Shown: positions 26,091 to 37,731 of the stretch, in pieces | How positions within the stretch are numbered: position 1 is the first letter of the stretch | Layout: each line of letters starts with the position of its first letter | Assembly (NCBI GenBank): GCA_973851085.1 | Contig: OZ316775.1 | Location: forward strand, 11,408,001-11,472,000 | Length of the DNA: 64,000 nt | Source of the DNA: Ptychomitrium polyphyllum | Lineage: Eukaryota | Direction: 5' to 3' | The notes under the pieces: generated by a model | Told to the model about the DNA's origin: nothing | Seen by the model: only the letters and a program-made list of their open reading frames with translations | The model's database searches: none | Made by a program: the position numbers and the translations under genes

Positions 26091-28542
26091 ATGGCCGGGG
26101 AGAGAGTGAACCTGGATGGGGAGGTCGTGACGCCGCTCAAGGTTTGTATGATTGGGGCGGGGGGGTTCATCGGGTCGCATTTGTGTGAGAAGCTGATGTA
26201 TGAGACGGATCATATCGTCCTTGCTATTGATGTGTATGGAGACAAGATTTCGCACTTGCTGCAGCCGGGGGAGAAGTGGAGCGATCGCATTGAGTTTCAC
26301 AAGATCAACATCAAGCACGACTCGCGTCTTGAGGGGCTTGTCAAGACGTCCGACTTGGTACACAATTCTGTTTTTGGGAGGTTTTGTATGGGAGTTGCGA
26401 TGAAATTTGTGGACAATTTTGAGGTTCGACCAGGTTGCAAGTGCTTGATTTTCTTTAGCCACAACGTAAGATGGAGAGTGGGATGTTTTCGAGAAGCTGG
26501 TTAATTCGTTGGTCGGATGAACATGCAAATTTTGGTGTTTCTTTGTGAATTGAGTGTAATGAGCAACTCTTGCTATCATTGCTGAATTGCAGATATCTTT
26601 CACGGTGTAGAGTCTTTTGATCTGTTGTTTTATCTCATACAGGAATAGCAAGGGTTTTCTATTTTGTTCTCTCGTTCGATTTTATGCTCAAATCCGTTAA
26701 TCTTGAAACTTCTCTGCTGGACTTTCGAGCAAGCTCCAGCTGAGATTTTGGGAAGAATTGTCATTGTTCTGCTTTTCGTCTAGTGTGTATCGGGCTTATC
26801 AGAGGTGCTTTTGGTGGTTCAGGTGATCAATTTGGCAGCCATTTGTACCCCAGCCGATTACAATACCCGACCACTGGACACAATTTACAGCAACTTCGTG
26901 GACGCGTTGCCGGTGGTGCAATACTGCCGTGAGAATGAGAAGCGCCTCATTCATTTCTCCACCTGCGAAGTCTATGGCAAGACTATCAGCAGCTTCCTCC
27001 CGAAAGACAGCCCTTTGAGAAATGTATGTCAGTTGTTAATGCAGTTTGGAGACTGTGCAAGCCCTTGATTTCACTTCACTGCTTGTTCTAGGATACTGAT
27101 TAACATTAGTTTGCTCTCATCTCCATGACTGCTGAATCAGAACGCTCCTGTACAGGATCCTGCTTTCTACATGTTGAAGGAAGACGAGACTCCTTGCATC
27201 TTTGGCTCTATTGACAAGCAAAGATGGTCTTACGCATGTGCTAAACAACTGATTGAGAGGCTCATCTACGGTACAAAACTGGCTCAGATATTTGGGTTTT
27301 ATAATACTGTTACCATAGTATTATAAATAAAGTAATTTGAATGCTGGTCTATATGTTAAGCTAATTCCGGCAGATACAGTGGAATTGAACTGGGGTCAAA
27401 TTTTGAGGCTTGACAAGGTAGGGTGTCTTCCTTGCAGGTGAGGGAGCTGAGAATGGGCTGGAGTTTACAATTGTGAGGCCATTCAACTGGATTGGGCCCC
27501 GCATGGACTTCATCCCAGGTGTAGATGGACCCCAAGACTCCGTCCCTCGCGTCTTAGCTTGCTTCAGCAACGTAAGGCAACCAACGCTGTTTATAAATTG
27601 CTGCTTGGTTTACGCTGAATTCAGAATGACCTGCCTGTGCAAAAGTCTTGTCCTCGGTACAGGATTCCTTAATTTTTTTTGCTACATGTTTCGTTTGCTA
27701 AAATTGAATACGAACGCAGAACCTCATGAAGGGGGAGCCATTGAAATTGGTGGACGGTGGACAGTCGCAGCGTACTTTCATCTACATCAAAGACGCCATT
27801 GATGTTGTGCAGAGAATGATTGTGAGTGGTTTCTTCACAACATTCAGGGCACTTTATGAAAACTTCAGTCCTCCATAGTCTTCAGCTTATTCCAAAACCT
27901 TGCAAGCTAAACGGTGAATGTGGTGGAGTAGGAAAACCCTGCGCGAGCGAATGGTCAAATCTTCAACGTGGGCAACCCCAACAATGAAGTAACAGTGCGG
28001 GAGCTTGCTGAGCTCATGACTGATGTAAGTCGCCCTTGTATGTCGTTACAGTACATTTCTGTATCACAACACGTTCACTCTTTTTCGGACACTTTCTGGA
28101 TGTAACACTCATTCTCCTTGTTTAATTCTCTTACCAATGCTTTACCTAAACCGTTTGTAACGGTTTCATAGGTCTACTGCAAGGTAAGTGGCAACCCCAG
28201 ACCAGAGGTCGCCACTGTGGACGTCACCTCCAAGGAATTTTACGGTGTGGGCTATGACGACAGTGACAAGCGCGTTCCAGACATGACCATCATCAAGAGG
28301 CAACTAGGTGAGCAGGTTTTTTGCCTTCAGATTAATGTTTGTTTTATCTGCTGCTCCTGTGATACGTTCACTTGTTCATGAAGTATCACATTAATATATC
28401 AGTTATCTTAGCCCGTCTCTGAACTGCAGAGTGGGAACCAAAGACGTCATTATATGACTTGATGGAGCACACGTTAACATTCCAACATACAACGTATGCG
28501 GAAGCTGTTAAAAGAGCAATGTCAAAGGCCATCGTCACTTAG
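26091..28542 (+). CDS. AXS: UDP-D-apiose/UDP-D-xylose synthase (8 coding exons)
   Basis: MAGERVNLDG...CMIGAGGFIGSHLCEKL...|VINLAAICTPADYNTRPLDTIYSNF...LIHFSTCEVYGKT...|QRWSYACAKQLIERLIY|..RPFNWIGPRMDFIPG...|..EFYGVGYDDSDKRVPDMT...*. Rossmann GxxGxxG and YxxxK motifs present. Confidence 0.97.
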
Positions 28543-28788
28543 ATCATACTCTCGTTTCAGGCTCACAAGATTTTAGTACCATAGTATTCACATTCGACCC
28601 TTCACTAGCGACTGCAGCAGCTGTAGTACTGCAGGTTCAGGCGCCTCAAGGAGAACGTTGTATGAAGATACCGGTCTAATGAAGTTGTGGATACTTTTTC
28701 TTCATTTTAGGCCACCTTCTTTCCTCTTTAAAGTCGAACGGGGATTTGTCACCTCGGGAGGGAGGTCCCGAATCATTATCTAGGGGTG

Positions 28789-28838
28789 CATTCAAGATGC
28801 ATCAAAATGGTCATTCAAGATGCATCAAAATGGTCATT
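28789..28838. repeat. 23-bp perfect tandem duplication in the AXS 3' region
   Basis: CATTCAAGATGCATCAAAATGGT twice, followed by CATT. Confidence 0.9.
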
Positions 28839-30285
28839 TATTACAAGAATCATTCAACACATTTGAATTAATACGTTGTTTTTCATGAAGAGCTTGAATT
28901 GTTTTAACAATGATTTAATAATTGCTTAGCAGTTCAACAGTTGGTCTTTCTTTCAACTACTATTATTTTATTACTTTCAATCTTGCCTTTGCTCCTTTTT
29001 GATCAAACCTTTTTTTTTTTTTTTCGGTTGATGGGTGGATTTGCCATAATGACATTTCCTTGACATCATCCACTAAACAAATCTTGTTTAAACTTAAGAA
29101 ATTCAACTAAGTGGTGGGTTAGGAAGTAGTGATGGAAGCATGCCTTTGTGAGCATTTGTCATGCCAGCAAACCTCTTCATCATTATAAAGACATCATTTT
29201 GTTCTACAACATAAAATTATTTGCAACCTCCTACATTTAAGTAAAAACTAGCAAGTATTTATGTGCATTTTCTTCTAGTTTTTAACATTTTGAAATTTAT
29301 CGTAGAACATTTAAGACAAAAAGCTTAAAAGCAATTGATACAAATGGAATAAAAGAGACAAATGTGAATGGTGCTAACCATAGGTCCTTTGCAAAAGAAA
29401 ATTTTCAAAATAAAAGGAAAAATAAAATAAAATGGAAGAAAACAAATAAAAGAATTTTGAGATTGATTAGACTTCTAAGAGCTCTAAGTGGCTTGACTAG
29501 CTTAACTATTTTGATCAACCAATCCTTTAAATCATCTTTTATACATGATTAATAAAATTTGATACAAAATTCCTTGATTGAATTGTAGATCCACTCCTTA
29601 TCTAGTATTTTCTTGAATGAACTCATCATTTGGATGAAAATTATCCCACCTACACATCTATTTTTGATGGTGCGTTTTAGAGGAAGACACCTCCCCTGGT
29701 TTCATGTAGGCGGTCTTTCATATATTTTAGCTCTGAATACTGGACTTCCTTGACAATACTTGTGTGCCACAGAATAGTCTTTGGTAAGACGTTAGAGTAG
29801 AGACTTCTTAATTCACTTATATGGATGCTTCCTCGGCATCCTTGGTTAGCTCTGAAGGGGAACACTTGAAGATCTGCTACTCGTTCATCTCGCAAACAAC
29901 GTGATGTTTGAGCTTGTACAAGGAAGTTCCATCGTCCTTAAGGCAAAACGTTTTGGAGGTTTCTGCTTGAAAGGTTGCGGTTATTGGTGTACTTGTGAAG
30001 GATTTCTAACACTGTAACCGCTATGGCTGTAACCGCAAGATGTGAAGGCTCTACACATCCATTGCAGTCCTACAGTGCTGCCCTTTAGGAATTTCTAATC
30101 TCATTGCAGCTGTCTGTTGTTCACCGAAGTTGCCCAGCACTCACTGAATGAAGCCTCTGTGGTCTATTGGGGAGAATGTCAACGTATGATCTGTGGTTCT
30201 TCTTATTGAGGAGTCCATAGACGTCACACCACTGTAGACAATGGTCACATCAGTTTTGAAGTTGTTGAGGAAGTGAAGCTGAACT

Positions 30286-31705
30286 ATGGACTTCGTTGAC
30301 TTCCATGGATATCAGTATGACGATGATGGTCCTTTCTTCCTCACTTCCACTTTCCTCAATTTAATTCTAAGTTTACTGAAATCTCGTATTAGCGTAACTC
30401 TTAAATCTAATACTAGTTGAGAATTACATGTATCTGTAGATACGCTGATCTGATATTTTAAGTTTATAAATATAATTTCACGATAGGTTCTTCGTATGGA
30501 TCATTGAACTTAAGCTTCAATCCTCGCCTAAGATTCTGAACTAAAAATTTGCAGTGCTTGTGATTTGGCCTGTCCAGATAATCTTGAAGATGGCCTGTGG
30601 GCAATGGAGATTATTTATGCCATATTAGAGAGAGCATTTTGGCAGCCACCCAAACTATCATGCCTTGACAAGTACCTCACGCATCAATACGTTCTTCTCG
30701 AGACTGAAATAGACGAAGCAGGAAATCCACCTGAATCTGTATCAGAAGCTGATTTTCCACCAAATCCAAATCCACCACACACCTTCGACCTCGTCCCTGG
30801 AACGGTAATTGATCTGAAGCTCGAGCAGCCAACAGAGAAAATCCTTAAAGCCACCCACCTTTTCTCCTTCCATTTTTTTTGCTCTGGCATCCCAAACTAA
30901 GTGTATTTGATAAGAAAATCAAGTACAAAATGCCCTCCTAGAGAAATTGCATCTTTGTAAGTCCAAACTTCCAACCAACTTGAGCGTTGAAAATTCAAAA
31001 TATGAGAAATAAAGGTTAAAAGATGACGATCAGCTCACAGGTAGTTTCACCTACAGAATTTACATGACCTTCTCAACATGAGTCCATTCTGTAATTCAAT
31101 GGACTATATCCTATGTTACTAGACCCAAATGCACCTTAGACTCAAATCTTACACTTCAATCAGATCCTGAGTCCAAGTTACACAACATGAGATGCAAAGA
31201 TAGAAAGATGAAGTTCAACGTGAAACTCAAATTTGCATACAAAAAGGACCAACTTTGTAACAATCTTTCAAAGTCTCCATACATACCCTTAGTTGACTCG
31301 AGCTTGGAAACCCGGAAACAGTGAAACTTTAAAGCTTTTCTTATGACTACATGTTGGCAGATCACAGCTAGTAAGAAACCGCCTCCAAAAGGGTGGAGCT
31401 TCTGGGACACCACCCTGGTGAAGGAGCGGCAGCTCTTCATGATGTCAGACTCTATGATCAAGAGGCTGAGTGATCAGTACCGGAACCAGGGCAGAATTAT
31501 ACCAGTCTTCCGTGATGAGCGTTTAAAGACCCAGTTCATAGCAAACATCAAACGCAACTCGCTTCACCCATGGATTGTCCGGGATGATGTGTCCAAGCAA
31601 GAGATGATTCTGAACTTTGATGCAGAGATAGAGAGTACAGATTGCCCCTGTAGAAATTATAACGGCTTCAGCAGCACCCAAGTTAATCCGTCTCTGCATT
31701 TTTGA
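30286..31705 (+). CDS. Uncharacterised multi-exon protein, no family recognised
   Basis: Exon-like open blocks 30555-30804 (ACDLACPDNLEDGLWAMEIIYAILERAFWQPP...PGT|gtaatt) and 31361-31705 (cag|ITASKKPPPKGWSFWDTT...CPCRNY) join in phase 0. Putative first exon MDFVDFHGYQYDDD at 30286. Confidence 0.55.
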
Positions 31706-34061
31706 ATGAAGATTAGTGTCCAGGTTTGTACGTGCATGGGGATCTAAGTCTCAAGCTCCTATCTCTTGGCAAGTTGAGTTATGGAGGTGACTTGAGAGTT
31801 GCTGTTTGTTCTAATTTCCTCACTTGGTTGTTTTGTTTATGATAATATCCTAAATCCTCTAGATTGCAAAAATATTTGTCAACTGTGCTTATATTCCACT
31901 TTCAACTATCAAAACTCATGTTCAAGCTTTGTTTCAGAATGTTGTGAGGTACATGAATATGTTCTCCAAATGTTTTAATTTTTGAAAAACCTTTAACGTG
32001 GTCATTATTGAATTTAGAAACCTTTCTAGACCTCTTTGAACCTTCTTTGTCTTTTAAAAAGCTTCATCCGTGATAATTATAACCGAAATATCATTCAAGC
32101 ATTACCTAATGCTAAATATAGCACATGAAAATAATATCCAAATATTCTTAAATATGCTATTCAGTAAGAGGACCCTATTTTACTAGGGCAGAGAACCTCC
32201 TTCCGGACCTTCTGAAGCGAAGATTCTTCTCTCCAAAAAGCAAGCACGAGATTCTTCACCAGATAGAAACAAGCACCTGACCTAAAAGAATCTCCAAGAA
32301 TGCTCATAGACCATTCAAAAGATACCATACCCAGACTAGCTACTATCAACCACATCCAGGGTAATACCCTTTGATAACATGTCCCAAAACCGATTTAAGC
32401 TCATGCGCTACCCAAGTCATGTGGGTACTGAATCACAGAACAAATCACATGGTGCATGGTAAAAGAATCCAAGTGGGCAGGAAAAAGTCTTCCAGATGGG
32501 TAGAACAGACGCCCACCGCAAAGCAAAGTGCTAATACCGACACCTGCCTTAGGAGCCAGTACTAATACCCGGCTCAAAAGTCCAGTATAGATACCCAGAT
32601 ATATAGCCAAGTAATGATAACGGGCCAAAAGAACCCAGTAATAACACCCGACCAACGCGCGTAGGTAATGACACCCTGGTAAGAGAGCCAAGAAAGGGTG
32701 CCAGGTTGAAAAGCACAGGACGTAGTCGGGTTGCAGAGGGGCAGGATTGATACCTGGAGGCGAGACCCGGTGGATTTTGGGGAGGCAGAGGGTCGTCGGA
32801 AAGGGAGGAAAGGAAGGTTGGGGGTGGATGGCATGGTTGCTTTGCTTTGCTTTGCATGGCGCAGCGGGAGGCCACATGAATGGCGCACAAGCCATCGCCA
32901 GAATCTTCACAACCGTCGTTGCACAGGCCGTCACGCGCACACTGGAGCCAGCGTTCCTGGTTCCCAGCTCTTGTCCCGCATCCTCGCTCGGCAAAGTTGC
33001 AAGCTTTTCATCCACACTTCGTCTCGCGAGAGAGAGCTCATCGACAAGATGCATCATCTCTTGGGGATCACCGAGGCTGTGCAGCATCCATGGCCAGCTC
33101 CGTCGTGAAGCGCAGCATTAGGTTTGCGCTGTCTCAGAGCTTCCTGTCCTGGTGTGAGTAAGTTCTTTTCGTGGTTGGTGGTTTTGGTTTTTTTTCATCT
33201 TTCTGGGTTAGTCTGTATGTTGGAAGTTGGTTGGGTCCTTGAGGATCATCTGACGTATGCTAGAGCAGTGTGGCTGAGTGAGTGTTCTTGTGGGACTGGA
33301 CTGAGAAAGCTGAACCGAAGGGAGTCTTTGTGGCAGGTCGACGCTACGTTCTCTTACTGATTGGCAGGTTGTGATTTGGTGCAATTCGTCTTTGATCTGG
33401 GTTTATCTGTATGTGGAATTAAGTTGGGTCCTCGAGAATCATCCTAGCTGAAGAGCACTGTGCCTAATTCTTTGGTTTGGAATGGGAAAACGCGGTCGCG
33501 TTTTCGCTTGGGGTGATTTGGTCGATACGCTTGTGTGGAAGAGTATATGAGTTTCAGGAATTTTTGCTACTAAAGCTGAATCCCTTGTGTGGTGGTCGGG
33601 TGCGTCTGTTTCAGTCTTTTCTGTGGATGGGACTTAGGTGAATTCAACATTGCGTGCGGGAAGTGATGGTGGATCAGGGTGAGATTTTCCAGTTTGGGGT
33701 ATCGTTCTAGAATTAGGTATGCTCTGTATTCAACTCGGAATTCTTTCTGCGGCTAGTGGGAATTGGAACTTGGAGGCGATTTTATGTCTAATGCAACTAG
33801 TTTAGAGTTACGGTACGGTTTTTTTGAAGTGCATATAAGGTTATCGAGTCTTAGCTTACATGGTGTTGATTGTGCTGTAGGTGGGCGGTGTTGTGTAACC
33901 ATCAGGCAGAGGAGAATGCCAATTGCACACATGGAAATTCGCTTGTAAATTGCTTGATTGTAATCTCATGTAATAGGGAAGGACCCTTGGTTTTGTAGAA
34001 GTGGAAGATTGGCAGTCAGAAAGCCTCATTGTCGATCCATAGTAGTGAATTCGCAGCTTCC

Positions 34062-37000
34062 ATGGCGGCCTTGGCCATTCAAGCTCATGGCCATGGCCTG
34101 CGCCAACGCCACGGTCTCTCCTCCTCTCCTCTGCCCTTGCACATGCACGTTTCCCTCACCTACTCCTCCACTCTCCGCAAGTTCCCCACCGTCCCTACTG
34201 CGCTTTTCTGGGGAGAACGGCGATCCAGCAAGCGCGTGACGCCGCGCCCCAACCGAGAGCAGTTCGTCATCTCCGCAGAGCACCTCTCCCAGCAGGTGCA
34301 CTATTTCACTTCTGCACCATTTTTCAGCAATTGGAGGTAGCATTATACACAACTTCTCTGCATGTATTTTGCTTCGTTGGTTGGGTGACCAGAGTTCCTC
34401 CAGCCCCCTGCGCTTAAAATCCATCTGCCCACATTCGCTCATCATTCAGTTGATGTCGTTTGTGTTTGGAAGATGTAATCAAACTTTGGCTGACATGACG
34501 TGATCTGTTTTCGTTGGTCAATGCAGGCGAAACAAGAGACGGCAAGGGAATCTGACACATCACCCTTGACACTTACCGTTTCGGTAGTGTCCTCGATTTC
34601 GCTTGTGTCTGCAGAGGCGTGGGACTTGTGTGCACTTGAAGCTGCAGGACCCGAGTCAGTGAATCCATTTGTTGCTCATGCTTTCCTATCAAGCCTTGAA
34701 GACAGCAAGAGCGCAGTTGCAGTCAGTTCTCAGAAACCAACAGTAGCAAACATTGGTTCAATTTTTGGAAGATACTTTCCTTTTTACCATATTTGTCACT
34801 TTGACTTTATAAAAATATCTCTGATGAAATGGAGATGTGCGGCAGGAGGAGGGTTGGTTACCGCAGCACCTCGTTGCACGAGACGAATCAAATGAGATTC
34901 TTGGTGTTGTTCCATTGTACCTCAAGAGGTGAGGCTTGCCCTAAAAATAACATGTAATTCATAGTTGTTATGCTTCGACAGCTCGTATGGTGAAGAACAA
35001 GGCTAGAAGAAAGTTTAAATAGTATAGACTGAGTCAGAATCTTATAAGTACATTAGATGCAAAAGTACCTAGTAGACGGGATGACAGTGAGTGACCTTTT
35101 CCCTTTATTTTGGAGACTTTTTGCAGCCATTCATACGGTGAATATGTGTTTGACCACGCATGGGCCAATGCATTTTATCGTTACGGCGGAAAGTACTATC
35201 CAAAACTTCAATGCTGTGTTCCTTTCACCCCAGCTACAGGTCCACGCATTTTAGTTAGATCTGGCTCTTTCCGGGATCAAGTTTTTGATGGCCTTGCAAA
35301 ATGTATGCAACAACTCACTGATCAGGTGTGGTTTCTTGCTTCAGCTAAACTACATCAATGCTGCTTTTGATCATGATAAGCGAAGATATTTAATAATGCT
35401 TTGTATATCCCGTCCTGCTCTTAGGATTAGTTTATTTGCTTGTGCATGCAGACTGTACAATTATTCAGATGCGGGTTATGCTTAGAGAGTGCTTACGACT
35501 TCAGAGCATCGTGATCACCACTTTGTTGCCACTTTACAGATAAAAGCTTCATCACTCCACATAACGTTTCCAGAGAGGCAAGAATGGGAGAGAGTAGCCA
35601 AGATGGGCTACTTGCAGAGAATGGGCGTACAATATCACTGGCATAATCGTAATTATAGTAGGTACGCATATAACAAGTGGTTGTGCAGTTTTTGGTGTAC
35701 AGACTTCACTATGGGATTAGGCAAATGTGACGCTTCGTATAACCGAAGATACAGTACGTGCTAGTGTTGGTTGGCAGCCAGGTCTTGTTCAATTTGGTAA
35801 CTTGCAATCTGAATGTGCGTACTGGGATGCAGTTTTGATGACTTTTTAATGGACTTGAAGCAAAGCAAGCGCAAAAACATTCGTCAAGAGCGGAAGAAGG
35901 TTGGTTCTCTTTAGTATTCATGTTCCCGGATTAGTTCCTACCTCTACAGCTTTTTGTTTGCTACAGGAGACTTTACATTGCCTAATTTTGTCAATTGCTC
36001 ATTAGGGAGTGTTAGGGATGGAAGCGCGCTGATTCCTTCAATCCTCTTAATTTTTAGGTTGATTGGATTTCTTCTTCCTCGTCGACTGAGGCATCTATCT
36101 ATACAGGGAACCTGATTCTCAATCTTACTTGATGTTTGGATTTTGGTTTATGTTAGGTTGCTTCGCAAAATCTTACAATGAAGCGGCTACGTGGAGATGA
36201 CATTAAGGTACAGCTAATATTGCATTTTATCTTGGGATTTATAGATTTCCTAATTTACGAGTCGAACTGGTTCTGTTATGAAGTGTTGTATGACTACCTC
36301 GAGTCCTGGTGTGTTCTCGAGATGCTCTCGTTGTGACATTTTAACACCACTTGAACGTGATTTAACATGAGTCTATAATCATATCCATTCACGTACTTTA
36401 TAGGCCATTTCTCACTTAAGTTGATGAAGAGCATTTCTTTACTGAATGATCCGAAATGCTCACTCGTGGTTCTGATGGATGCCAACAGCCTCGCCATTGG
36501 GATGCTTTCTATACGTTTTATCGAAATACCACAGATAATAAGTAATATATCCTTCCATTCTACACCACCATTTCATTCTCTATATTGTCGCATCAAGGTT
36601 TTAGGTGAACTTCACAATATGTTCGATTTCTCATGGGCATTGATGAGTTGTTGGAGAAGCCTCCTGTGACCTCCAGGCAGTCTGTAAGGTTCTGGTTTGA
36701 GTCGTTGCCAAACATATGCTCCGATGTGCTTGAAAGAACTGGTTTAGAGTACATATTTGTTCACAAGCGTTGGATTACATGAGGTGTGGAACAGATGGGG
36801 CCAGGCGTACCTTACTCGAGAGTTTTTCCACTTAGTGGGTGAGCGTATGGGTGACCGCGTTCTCCTTGTTGTGGCCGAGGACAAAGGGGATCTGGTTGCG
36901 GGTGCGCTTAATCTCATTGGTGGGGATACGCTTTTCGGTCGGAATTGGGGATGTAAGGAGTATGCCCATTACCATGCGCTTCATTTCGAAGCTTGCTACT

Positions 37001-37731
37001 ACCAGGTCTTTCCTTCTTTCTTTTGCTGACAATATACAACTCTCAATCTCTCGCCTGCTGTTGAAGTGGTGCTCTGGTTCTTCTAAGTTCATAAGTACAG
37101 TGGTAAGGATTATCAGATACTCAGTTTGTGGAATCTGGAATTAAATCTGAGATGTTGTTTAAGGCAATTCAATATAGCATCTGAAGTTATTTCCTTTTGG
37201 TCAGACGTTAATAATTAGGATTGTGACGCGGATGTATGTATTCAATGGTATGTATTAGCACTCCAGTTTAGAATTCAAGCCGAGAAGTTTGGATTTGGTT
37301 TTCTAAGTATTATTCTCTACAGGCAATTGAAGCAGCAATTGAAATGAAGCTGGAAACAGTGGAAGCTGGCGCACAGGGGGAGCACAAAATTCAGAGAGGG
37401 TACTTGCCTACCGCAACTTACAGTGCACATTACCTTCCAGACCCCGACTTCCATGACGCAATTGAGAGCTTCTTGTTCCGTGAGAATGTACAAGTAAGCA
37501 GCTCATAGACTTGAACTTCTTATTCATTCGACGATGATACCCTTGCTCTGCAGGAGAATCTTATCAAGTGTAACTCATAATCATTCTGTGATAATATTCA
37601 GTCGAAGGGATCTTTTGATACAGTGAAAATATAGAATGAGTATTCATGAAATATTACGGGGCTTTGTGCAGACAAAAATGGCTCTACAATATTTGCAAGA
37701 AGCAAGCCCTTTCAAAGACGGCATCCTCTAG
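34062..37731 (+). CDS. FemAB-like / DUF482 GNAT-family acyltransferase with putative plastid transit peptide
   Basis: NPFVAHAFLSSLEDS...|GWLPQHL...PLYLK|SHSYGEYVFDHAWANAF...YYPKLQCCVPFTPATGPRIL...|SSLHITF...QYHWHN...|KRKNIRQERKK|...|WGQAYLTREFF...LFGRNWG...LHFEACYYQ|AIEAAI...EAGAQGEHKIQRGYLP...*. N-terminus is Ser/Arg-rich. Confidence 0.92.

Noticed and set aside
31682..31746. Extra terminal exon VCTCMGI* for the orphan gene
   Set aside because: Would require a 42-nt intron, implausibly short.
32525..32675. Repeat-spacer pattern as a CRISPR array
   Set aside because: Repeats are only 14 nt and degenerate, spacers about 12 nt, the context is eukaryotic and there are no cas genes.
36545..36556. 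ATATCCTTCC resembling an AT-AC U12 donor in the FemAB-like gene
   Set aside because: Using it would include an in-frame TAA. The upstream AA|GTAATA donor gives the correct NK/WGQ join.
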